DNA of 64,000 bases from Marinicella sp. Its GTDB lineage: Bacteria > Pseudomonadota > Gammaproteobacteria > Xanthomonadales > Marinicellaceae. Position 1 is the stretch's first letter. Each line of letters begins with the position of its first letter. Positions 21,501 to 27,960 of this stretch are shown one piece after another. A program made the position numbers and the translations under genes. The notes beneath the pieces are model-generated. The model was not told where the DNA came from. It worked only from the letters and a program-made list of their open reading frames with translations, and made no database searches. Location: the NCBI GenBank assembly GCA_965230295.1, contig OZ246001.1, forward strand, positions 928,001 through 992,000. The letters are read 5' to 3'.

Positions 21501-23622
21501 GGCCCAGTTGTAGCCACTGGCTGACTGCACTCATCACCAGTTCATCCAGCACCAAATCATGGTTTTGTTCGACCAAACCATCCACCACTGAAACACGGCT
21601 CAGCTGATTGACATCTGACTGAATATCCACAAAGGCATGACTGATCTGGATGGGTTCATCCAAGTCACCTGAAGCTGGTTGGTTCAACGGAGTGGCAGCA
21701 CCCATAATCCAATCAGCCTCATTGGCAATGATGATTTCACCCAAAGGTTGGGCATTGTCTTTCAAATAAACAGTTCCGGCACCGCCACCTTCAAGACCAG
21801 CCTGGAAGCCACCATAAGCCATCACCTGCGAGGTCAAATCAAATCCATTCAAGGTGTCATAGTAAACCGCAACCCGGCCACCGCCACCAGACCCGTAGTC
21901 GGTGTAAGTACCATTGGCACTGATCGTACCAGCACCACTGAGCTCATTCACTTCAAGCCACACCGAACCACCACTGCCACCGCGCCTGTTGACCGATTGG
22001 GCATCGGCCCGAATCGAACCGGATAAATCCAATACGCCGGTAACCGTTAACCGGATCGCACCACCACCGCGGTTGTAATAACCACTGGTACCCAGATCAA
22101 CCGGATTGCGCAGATCACCATAAACCGGGTTGGTAAAACGACTTGGATTATCGTCCCACAACATCCCCGAACCACCGTGACTGGCTCCAGAAAGTGAGCC
22201 CATTATATTGGTATCATGATCTGCTGCTTTACCACTCACATCAATCGATGAATCAGCACTGACTGACAAATCAGTCACGGTGATGTGGGTGCCTTGATAA
22301 CCTTCGCTGTGGGTCAAAACTGCACCGTTGAGTAAATTGAGGGTAGATAAGTTCTGGGCGACATTCATCGTTACCACTGCACCATCAAGGGTCAAATCTA
22401 CCAGGCCAGACTGACTGGCATCGATGGTCAACTGGGCTCCACCGGTGACCGATAAATTGGTCCAGGTCGGGTGATCCACACCCAAAACAATGTGCACACC
22501 GTCCTCAATCACGTGTGTGGAAGAATCTGGTATATTGAAAATATTTTGGTGTGAAACCATCGACTGGTTGATGTCAAAGGTCGTGTTGACCGTCAGTTGG
22601 CCCAGTTGTAGCCACTGGCTGACTGCACTCATCACCAGTTCATCCAGCACCAAATCATGGTTTTGTTCGACCAAACCATCCACCACTGAAACACGGCTCA
22701 GCTGATTGACATCTGACTGAATATCCACAAAGGCATGACTGATCTGGATGGGTTCATCCAAGTCACCTGAAGCTGGTTGGTTCAACGGAGTGGCAGCACC
22801 CATAATCCAATCAGCCTCATTGGCAATGATGATTTCACCCAAAGGTTGGGCATTGTCTTTCAAATAAACAGTTCCGGCACCGCCACCTTCAAGACCAGCC
22901 TGGAAGCCACCATAAGCCATCACCTGCGAGGTCAAATCAAATCCATTCAAGGTGTCATAGTAAACCGCAACCCGGCCACCGCCACCAGACCCGTAGTCGG
23001 TGTAAGTACCATTGGCACTGATCGTACCAGCACCACTGAGCTCATTCACTTCAAGCCACACCGAACCACCACTGCCGCCGCGCCTGTTGACCGATTGGGC
23101 ATCGGCCCGAATCGAACCGGACAAATCCAATACGCCGGTAACCGTTAACCGAATCGCACCACCACCGCGGTTGTAATAACCACTGGTACCCAAATCAACC
23201 GGATTGCGCAGATCACCATAAACCGGGTTGGTAAAACGACTTGGGTGATCGTCCCACAACATCCCCGAACCACCGTGACTGGCTCCAGAAAGTGAGCCCA
23301 CTATATTGACATCATGATCTGCTGCTTTACCACTCACATCAATCGATGAATCAGCACTGACTGACAAATCAGTCACGGTGATGTGGGTGCCTTGATAACC
23401 TTCGCTGTGGGTCAAAACCGCCCCGTTGAGCAATTGAACTGATGGAAAAGCATGTACACCATCGATGGTCACGATGGTTCCATCAATGATCAATTCTTGG
23501 CCATCATAAGTGGTATCTCCGTCACCAATCACCGTTTCAGTTGTTAAAGTGACTGAACATACTTCCTGCGCAAAAAGCATTAAAAATGCTGTAAATACCC
23601 AAAATTCCTTTTTTAAATTCAT
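12523..23622 (-). CDS. Giant secreted Gly-rich-repeat / Ig-like / fibronectin type III protein with Cys-rich poly-Gly C-terminus
   Basis: 3699 aa with a signal peptide. N-terminal repeats carry GASHGG..YGD..P..LG..GGGAIRL..GGSGGSVWL..GGGGRVA. Big/FN3 motifs follow (YYAVVA-type strands, AVDxAGN), then a FETNVPAPVV domain, 9 Cys, and a Gly/Pro tail. Confidence 0.93.
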   Translation of the reverse strand: MNLKKEFWVFTAFLMLFAQEVCSVTLTTETVIGDGDTTYDGQELIIDGTIVTIDGVHAFPSVQLLNGAVLTHSEGYQGTHITVTDLSVSADSSIDVSGKAADHDVNIVGSLSGASHGGSGMLWDDHPSRFTNPVYGDLRNPVDLGTSGYYNRGGGAIRLTVTGVLDLSGSIRADAQSVNRRGGSGGSVWLEVNELSGAGTISANGTYTDYGSGGGGRVAVYYDTLNGFDLTSQVMAYGGFQAGLEGGGAGTVYLKDNAQPLGEIIIANEADWIMGAATPLNQPASGDLDEPIQISHAFVDIQSDVNQLSRVSVVDGLVEQNHDLVLDELVMSAVSQWLQLGQLTVNTTFDINQSMVSHQNIFNIPDSSTHVIEDGVHIVLGVDHPTWTNLSVTGGAQLTIDASQSGLVDLTLDGAVVTMNVAQNLSTLNLLNGAVLTHSEGYQGTHITVTDLSVSADSSIDVSGKAADHDTNIMGSLSGASHGGSGMLWDDNPSRFTNPVYGDLRNPVDLGTSGYYNRGGGAIRLTVTGVLDLSGSIRADAQSVNRRGGSGGSVWLEVNELSGAGTISANGTYTDYGSGGGGRVAVYYDTLNGFDLTSQVMAYGGFQAGLEGGGAGTVYLKDNAQPLGEIIIANEADWIMGAATPLNQPASGDLDEPIQISHAFVDIQSDVNQLSRVSVVDGLVEQNHDLVLDELVMSAVSQWLQLGQLTVNTTFDINQSMVSHQNIFNIPDSSTHVIEDGVHIVLGVDHPTWTNLSVTGGAQLTIDASQSGLVDLTLDGAVVTMNVAQNLSTLNLLNGAVLTHSEGYQGTHITVTDLSVSADSSIDVSGKAADHDTNIMGSLSGASHGGSGMLWDDNPSRFTNPVYGDLRNPVDLGTSGYYNRGGGAIRLTVTGVLDLSGSIRADAQSVNRRGGSGGSVWLEVNELSGAGTISANGTYTDYGSGGGGRVAVYYDTLNGFDLTSQVMAYGGFQAGLEGGGAGTVYLKDNAQPLGEIIIANEADWIVGATTAIGEVGRNTNGEYLTVLNASVMFEPGTNVQVKNITIYDSVIEQNTAFTSEMIAGEQFSWIQGDVLNLSVQDLIVDNWTYIPSYVQQWNKIALINNGQVIQQPAEDLTDRVHLNANQVLIDSESGINLKGAGMLKSNELSGTAAGSHGGLGGVQATSGGTTNAIYGDEQMPTLVGVGGSGGNTRGGGALKIDAKYMHHEGSLEADGSDIDYNGSGSGGSIWLEVQALSGDGTFQANGGSSDGWGWGGGGGRVAIHYGVNQGSNLNTRVEAFGGEVSSTAQGSQSGEFGSVILESVDLPLQIVHTDQAHLNNAANRIRLRFNQAIDVLNLETSDFLISHNSDSIQVQTIELVGSGVVDLVLSKSMDQEGDYQMDVVADVLDQDSDGVPGEPVDDQYTHVIEYDITPPDSPTLWAVAVEPASNLVASELQVLRGTRPANTAISINGQVVTGYSDNEWSALINLPAGTTTWDVAAVDRAGNVSDSVRITYFYAAGRPAVVSATPFDLQCVSQSPNVVSLSLYDHLGNGFNLAQSTFDLSLDGNPVNGTTEIVGDFYNFTPTSTLLDGNYTISAAVQDTQGNDSDLFGSTFVVDTINPVQLSVNAVISPTSVSSQLISGTKELGTAVFLDGQQVVAADNETTWQTEVSLSEGVNTFQFTAVDCAGNTSISTAVEIVFNNQTPEPVSISVVVDGNGRTALLDWQSYDELANGGNIDFYTVYSSTTGSFDNISQGTEVATIPAGTKTYQVTEILPPQTIHYAVVATDILGLYDPSVTSVEALFVDVEPPEMPGSIVVDQSTESSVDIYWSHSINSAGDMTDYRVFLNDVAIGDVDSSISSFSITNLDRATSYLVEVSAVDGFDNVSDRRSQTAVTWPNHPTVVSTEPHDGRVTLTWEHAVPADVVNQYRVYHAIGTIDPEVHTGINYGSGASQAPLSLDIDGLTNGQSYQFAVIAINRHGDFDPVFTSVSETPLADADGPSIDAVTISGAPAVDAMVVRNSGLIVVDASDDSGVSSIRFETSSGGMSVTDSNAIDGFQAMWNLADEVDGLVTLNIVAEDVFGNQSTANYQINVALDAPPPPTINEPLDGAQVGELEVSVVGQSVAGATVELEVVGVGSITGIPVDSNGQFQRFVSLQDGNNTLRARTVISRPANGTTVGPYTVFNVTVNQDIPSAPSGLSAQAKPMGVIQLTWNADNDGSTVGYHIYRSTSANGVKTLQTAGNPVVTTFYNDLTPGDGQYFYWISGVNALDGSGIEGPLSGMASAVSDQTAPVVQSLVFDKTQPFVTGLVGVTLTMSEPLAEVPFLSFIPSAAGTSPIIVDFQPSSTAEFTGTIEFGGESFQSSATAVLSAYDRAGNLGTNTGPITDISIDTQGPEVMTLEMSPNSPIDYDGSPELSVSFTLSEATMDMPLVWYQLSGNNRAEIQIDSVIFNAGVYSAVLNNVPSDAGVSPETLSFRIHAKDIAGNVNNGIAINNQFQIYREDLPPLEAPQGLAATSLPDGQVRLTWFPVLNAAEYELYRKPVGPGNLVYLDRTGPTVTDYVDSPADGEYVYAVASVRSENSDEAVSGTSLTVVAIADSVAPTAPQMLTLSETGSGIQAQWEPNDPADAVAHYRLYRNGNPQPTLNNINPDNLVNDLVTVVDGQPISGASTYLVTAVDAVGNESAVSNEASINPSLLPVQNFNISVSDTSSPSLNWSHNIATEFDVYQIDNGNAVKLNTSGTISGTTTYTDDSYAGSGRTYAVVAINGGESLPNTLKLPDLTADLMVEQSLKRGLMNQLFMEITNHEAEAIDHVTMTLMVEGETYHSNEVSIAGFGSAEVSLNIPGNMPVGTEEVLVDMTIHHRPTDGSSANIESQLAIPVEEGGLIISITTNNFVRGTTGEVQLLIQNPGEQSVDLITAKGTGSLDSGDVHLRLEDDDGNTLALAGFRQVLGNNVFTFPTGVTVARIPAGTSYLSSSQPINIPANAGDHVVVVASIEKMYFDQNSGQAIILQGVETRQPTVLAETSYAGELLGVSEPLIVQGETTSISGQAVSRNNGQPVADVPLNLSLRNEGFEQNIDVFTDAFGQFSYTHTAGSTDAGTYQVSVTHPDILDRPMDGSFQVGRIYADFQDENVRIPYNVDTEHLLYLKAPRGLEYQNVRVELVSSDVPAQAITLPAALPLLNHPMNWQAVPVLLNVSNGGVSQGQLTVRIISDNYGTLELGRATLNFEAANGMPALEVEPHLLDLRSNPGVAVTDTFEMTNNGFADAEELSLRIVELDQQGQVVDVAPSWIYLMSNATIPVLGIYQSVEVNVGMTPPSNICDQIPDPCEILSGYVIEITGDNIDPFYVPLTAMVTTNDMGTVAFQTANVYTGLDPLEYPDPIGLANVRIRLTSEIDSNRVYEWVTDASGAVQTEPINIGRYRYQVTSSNYEDLNGRMRVLPDPQSGPPGNSEFFFLQRNLITIDWSVTEITIEDRYEVVMNATFETNVPAPVVMISPTVTNLPDMYPGDVYTGLLEIKNLGLIRAHDLALNFPNEDEYFIYEILGEVPESIEANETHYLPFKLINKRSLVPGADGNAGGGGCSGYTNQINGAYKFQCPSGEIDGTASPSYVSYVAGDDCGEPGIKLPKPPRNSRDGGPLDFRCWQADAALWCGGPGANEESSPCAPECEGDQCCNVSGAGGGGGGGGGGGGGGGGPGGGGGGGGPGGGGPGSGN
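20608..23430. repeat. Near-perfect 1098-bp (366-aa) tandem repeat, about 2.6 copies
   Basis: AATCCAATCAGCCTCATTGG recurs at 20608, 21706 and 22804, exactly 1098 bp apart. The translated units are almost identical (DVNIVG vs DTNIMG; DDHPS vs DDNPS). Confidence 0.95.
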
Positions 23623-23645
23623 AACAAATGCCTGTTTAATCGTAA

Positions 23646-24521
23646 TTATTTCATGGTTACTTTCAGTGCTGGGTCAGAAACCCAGAATTTTTTAAATTGG
23701 CTGTGCTCAGCCGTATCGGCCACGATGTTCATGGCGATGTATTGGTGTTGCTGTTTGCGGTAGATGTTTTTTTGTGGGTCCACCACTTGCCAGCCACCGT
23801 CAAGCCAAACCTCACTCCACGTATGGAATTCGGTCGGATCGAGAATGGAGTCTTGCTTCACAACATAGCCATTGACTGCACGGGCTGGAATGCCCAATAT
23901 GCGGTTGATGGCAGTATTTAAATAGGCGTACTCTGTGCAGTCACCAGACAGGTTCTTGGCAGCAAAGGCGGCCCCTTTGTCTTTCGAGCCATAGCCTGTG
24001 TATTCAATATTTTCTACCAACCAGTTATGTACCTGTTCGGTGGCTTCATCACCCAAGTATTCAAACTGTTGTGCAACCTCAATAACGTGTTCATTTTCCA
24101 ACTCGATTTGCGGCTGTGAAGTCAGAAATAAGGGCTGTGCAGAGTCAGCACCCAGGGCTGTTTCTGACAGCTTCAGTTGGGTTGTGATCACAACTTCCTT
24201 TTTGCCATACGGTGCCAGTCGTTCAATGTTGAACTGCAGAATCACATTGCCATAAGCATCCTGCTGGCGTGTGAATGGATCGTTGCTGGTCACCTTTGTA
24301 ACTTGCTGCGTGCTGGTCAAAGACACAGGTGCAAACACGTAAAATTCAATGTTTTCAGATGCTGTTGACTGCTTATTTTCCAACAAAAATGCGTATCGGA
24401 TGGTGCGGTCGATGTTCCATTCCTGGACGATGGTTGCCTGTTTGATGAACAGCCACCACAGCCCAATGACCAACAAGGTCATGGCAGCAACCCACAGAAT
24501 CATGCGCTTCTTCATGAACAT
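23646..24521 (-). CDS. Membrane-anchored transglutaminase-like (Cys-His-Asp) protein
   Basis: N-terminal TM helix. GDCTEYA...GIPARAVNG...FHTWSEVW...WQVVDP gives an intact transglutaminase-like triad. Confidence 0.92.
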   Translation of the reverse strand: MFMKKRMILWVAAMTLLVIGLWWLFIKQATIVQEWNIDRTIRYAFLLENKQSTASENIEFYVFAPVSLTSTQQVTKVTSNDPFTRQQDAYGNVILQFNIERLAPYGKKEVVITTQLKLSETALGADSAQPLFLTSQPQIELENEHVIEVAQQFEYLGDEATEQVHNWLVENIEYTGYGSKDKGAAFAAKNLSGDCTEYAYLNTAINRILGIPARAVNGYVVKQDSILDPTEFHTWSEVWLDGGWQVVDPQKNIYRKQQHQYIAMNIVADTAEHSQFKKFWVSDPALKVTMK

Positions 24522-25408
24522 GACATTCTGGCTCCGTCGGTGCGACGTTTTTGGTATTGCACAATGCGCCGATTGTGTTCATGCACTTGTAAGGCTGATT
24601 GCACTTTGCTGGCACCAACGGCATAGACATTGGCCTTAAGTTTGGTGCGCCATTTTTTTACAACCTCGCGTGCATCAAGATGATCTGGAATGACCAGTAA
24701 AACGTTCTTTATCAATCCTTTGGCTTCAGTGATTTGTTGGGTAAATGATTGTGGAGACTGCAATATAGCAAGGCCATCCAAGGCGATCACACTGTCAAAG
24801 TATCGATCCATATGGGGGTTGTTGGAGCTGTCAACAATTTGCCAAAAACCGGTATCACCACCCATGGCATTGTTCAGTAAAAACAGGTCATCTAATTTTG
24901 AATACAAAGATTCACCTTCGATTACTGACTTCCAGTAGTCAACCCCTCCATCGAGAATTTTGACGTTGTTAAATCCGCGTTTCAGCAGTTTCTTGTGCAG
25001 GTCTTCCAGATGTCGATAAGACTGGCCTTGCCCAACCAGCACCACTTCTCGTTCTTTGAAAAATGGTATGGTCAATAATTTCGAATGGGGTAAATTGAAT
25101 GATTGATCGATATGATTGTGTTGATAGGCATCTACATTGCGAATATCGACCACCATCAATTGAGGTTTATTTTGACTGATTTTGTGCTGTAGCAGATACG
25201 GAGAAATGTATTTCTCAGGATCACGATGCCACTCAATCTTTTGCTCTGGTTGCACCAAATCAATGGATTTGAAATCACACTGCAAAATGGCTTGTTCAGC
25301 CAATACGGGTAGAGCCACAATTAAAATTGCAGCTGCAAAAAAGGTATTACGCGCCCTCATAGCAGCTGAAATAATAGATCGGTATTGGGATCGGTATCGG
25401 GTGTGCAA
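24512..25408 (-). CDS. Exported rhodanese-like domain protein, probably non-catalytic (likely start ATG 25360)
   Basis: VVDIRNVDAYQHNHIDQSFNLP and GFNNVKILDGGVDYW are rhodanese signatures. The active-site loop reads VVLVGQG with no Cys. Signal-peptide-like MRARNTFFAAAILIVALPVLA. Confidence 0.85.
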   Translation of the reverse strand: MHTRYRSQYRSIISAAMRARNTFFAAAILIVALPVLAEQAILQCDFKSIDLVQPEQKIEWHRDPEKYISPYLLQHKISQNKPQLMVVDIRNVDAYQHNHIDQSFNLPHSKLLTIPFFKEREVVLVGQGQSYRHLEDLHKKLLKRGFNNVKILDGGVDYWKSVIEGESLYSKLDDLFLLNNAMGGDTGFWQIVDSSNNPHMDRYFDSVIALDGLAILQSPQSFTQQITEAKGLIKNVLLVIPDHLDAREVVKKWRTKLKANVYAVGASKVQSALQVHEHNRRIVQYQKRRTDGARMSCS

Positions 25409-26043
25409 ATGATTTTCAAATGCACCAGTGCTGCGATGGGTTGATTGATTTCTCGGATAATCATCAAACTGTCCTCTGTCTTCTAGATTGCAAAATGTCC
25501 TTTTTTGGTTTAGGTTTTGTTACAAGTCATGTGTTTGGTATGACTCGTTCTTACCACCACCTAATTGGGTGCAAAATTTACTGCACTTCTGAAAACATTG
25601 CAAGAAAAAAATTCAAATCAAATTGATTTTTTTAGCCAATCAAGTACATAGCAGGCTTCTGTTAAAGGATGTTGGCAACAGTATGATACACAAATTCTGT
25701 TCACAATTGCTTGGCTTGCAACAAGCACAAGAGGAATCCGAATCCATCGATAATAAACCGGTCATTATCACCATTTCTACAACAATCTGCACCTCGTTCA
25801 GAGTGTTTATTTGCACTTCGCTTTTAAGCCAGTTGTTCAATCGATGCCTGTTAAAATCTAGAGGATCAGCCCTATTTCAAGCTCTAGACGTTATTTAGGT
25901 GGTCAGGTGCAGCCTGCCCAAAGCTTTGAACATAAACTTCAATTGAGTAGCGGTCACCCACATTAAGTTGTCATTTTCACAAGATTACCACCTCGGTAAG
26001 TGGTAATATATTAAATAAAAGGACAGGAAAAGAAATCAAACAT

Positions 26044-27015
26044 ATGTCATCCAACATACCAGAACACCCTTCAACTGCCAACAGGCAAATTAAAACCGAT
26101 CAAAGTGATGCGCAAGCCATTGAAGCAGTCATCGATGCAGTTGGGCAAAAAATCCTTGATAAACAAGAATCAATCAAAACAGTCATTGCAGCACTGATTG
26201 CTGGTGGACACGTGTTACTAGAAGATCTACCAGGGCTGGGGAAAACAACCTTAGCAACAGCCATATCACAAGTTTTTGATATGGACTTTAAAAGGATTCA
26301 GTTGACTTCTGACATGATGCCCAGCGATGTCTTAGGTGTCAGTATTTACGATGCCACCACCCAAACATTCAGTTATCACAAAGGACCCATTTTTACTCAA
26401 TTCTTATTGGCAGATGAGCTCAACCGAGCCACGCCCAAAACCCAAAGCGCTTTGTTAGAAGCCATGGCAGAAAATCAGGTCAGTATTGATGGAAGAACTT
26501 ATGCTTTGGATGAAGTGTTTTTTGTCATGGCCACCCAAAACCCCATAGATGAAGCAGGCACCTATGCATTGCCTCAATCACAACTGGATCGATTTTTAGT
26601 CAGTTTGTCATTGGGTTATCCTGAACAACAAAGTGAGCGGGAGCTTTATGGGGCCGCTTACCTGAACGCGTTTAAACAACCTATTGAAGCCTTGAGTTCG
26701 CCTGACCAACTGCTTAAATGGCAACATGATGCCAGGCAAGTTCATGCCAGCGAAGAAGTGTTGGATTACTTACAACTGCTGATTCACAAAACCCGAATTC
26801 ATGGCGAAATACACCATGGGTTATCGCCCAGAGCTGGATTGTCCATGTTCAGGTTGGCACAAAGTTTCGCCTACATGGCCAACCGGGATTTCATCACACC
26901 AGCAGACATTCAACAAGCTTTCTATCCTGTATGTCGGCACCGTCTGATGATGCTTGATGGACGACATGCCCGCGAATTGATCCACACCATTCTTGATGAT
27001 ACCGCAGTTATTTAA
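26044..27015 (+). CDS. moxR: MoxR-family AAA+ ATPase
   Basis: GHVLLEDLPGLGKT, LADELNRATPKTQSALLEAM, ATQNP, QLDRF motifs. Confidence 0.95.
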   Translation: MSSNIPEHPSTANRQIKTDQSDAQAIEAVIDAVGQKILDKQESIKTVIAALIAGGHVLLEDLPGLGKTTLATAISQVFDMDFKRIQLTSDMMPSDVLGVSIYDATTQTFSYHKGPIFTQFLLADELNRATPKTQSALLEAMAENQVSIDGRTYALDEVFFVMATQNPIDEAGTYALPQSQLDRFLVSLSLGYPEQQSERELYGAAYLNAFKQPIEALSSPDQLLKWQHDARQVHASEEVLDYLQLLIHKTRIHGEIHHGLSPRAGLSMFRLAQSFAYMANRDFITPADIQQAFYPVCRHRLMMLDGRHARELIHTILDDTAVI

Positions 27016-27943
27016 AGACAAACTGAATAACTTCTTCAACCGCCGTGGCAAAGAGAAACTGCCGGTTATTTTTGATTGGCGCAGAATATATGTGCTGCCC
27101 AGCAAACCAGGACTGTTCTTTTCTGTCATTTGGTTTTTGATGATGTTGGCGGGTCTCAATTTCAACAACAACATGAGTTTGATGTTGGTGTTTTTATTGT
27201 TCGGTTTGGCCCAAGTAGCCCTGTATAAATCATTTTTCAACTTACGCAATTTACGTCTGGAACAAGTCAAAGCAGAACCCGTGTTTTTGGGTGAAGACAT
27301 CACTTTGCACTTACAAATGGGTGCAGACCACGAGAAATGGCAAATCAGAACCGAGAATCACCTGAGCACCGATGTCAACAACATCTCCCAAGAAAGCGCC
27401 GAACTTAAATTGCTGGTCAAAAGTACCACCAGAGGATGGCAAGCGGTAGAAAGGATCAAACTCATGACGCGTTTCCCATTGGGTCTATTCACTGTATGGG
27501 TTTACTGCACACCCAATGAATCGGTTCTGGTTTATCCCAAGCCTGAAGAACCTTGTCCTGATTTCCCCAGCCATGGTGGCCAGGATGGCGAACAAACCAC
27601 GTTGATCAAAGGTGAAGAACTCAGTGGCATCAGGCACTATCAGCAAGGTGACCCCATCAGGGACATTGCTTGGAAAAAATCGGCACAAAGTGACCAAACC
27701 TGGGTCAAGGAATTTAACCAGACTCAAGGCAAGTACCTTCGTTTTGACTTTTCCCAACTGTCAATGAGCCACTTGGAAGCCAAACTCTCTCGCATGACTG
27801 CCTGGGTGTTGGCGGCTGAACAACAACAAGCTGAATACCAAGTTATGTTGCCGGGGTTTGATTCTGGCATGTCCATAGGAGAAAGACATCTGCACCATTG
27901 TTTAAAAGCATTGGCATTGTACCAATCAGGAGGTGAAGCATAG
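26993..27943 (+). CDS. DUF58 domain protein
   Basis: RRIYVLP, N-terminal TMs, FPLGLF, IRHYQQGDPIRDIAWKKSA. Canonical position in the moxR-DUF58-transglutaminase operon. Confidence 0.9.
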   Translation: MMIPQLFKDKLNNFFNRRGKEKLPVIFDWRRIYVLPSKPGLFFSVIWFLMMLAGLNFNNNMSLMLVFLLFGLAQVALYKSFFNLRNLRLEQVKAEPVFLGEDITLHLQMGADHEKWQIRTENHLSTDVNNISQESAELKLLVKSTTRGWQAVERIKLMTRFPLGLFTVWVYCTPNESVLVYPKPEEPCPDFPSHGGQDGEQTTLIKGEELSGIRHYQQGDPIRDIAWKKSAQSDQTWVKEFNQTQGKYLRFDFSQLSMSHLEAKLSRMTAWVLAAEQQQAEYQVMLPGFDSGMSIGERHLHHCLKALALYQSGGEA

Positions 27944-27960
27944 CTCGAATTCGCTCCCAA

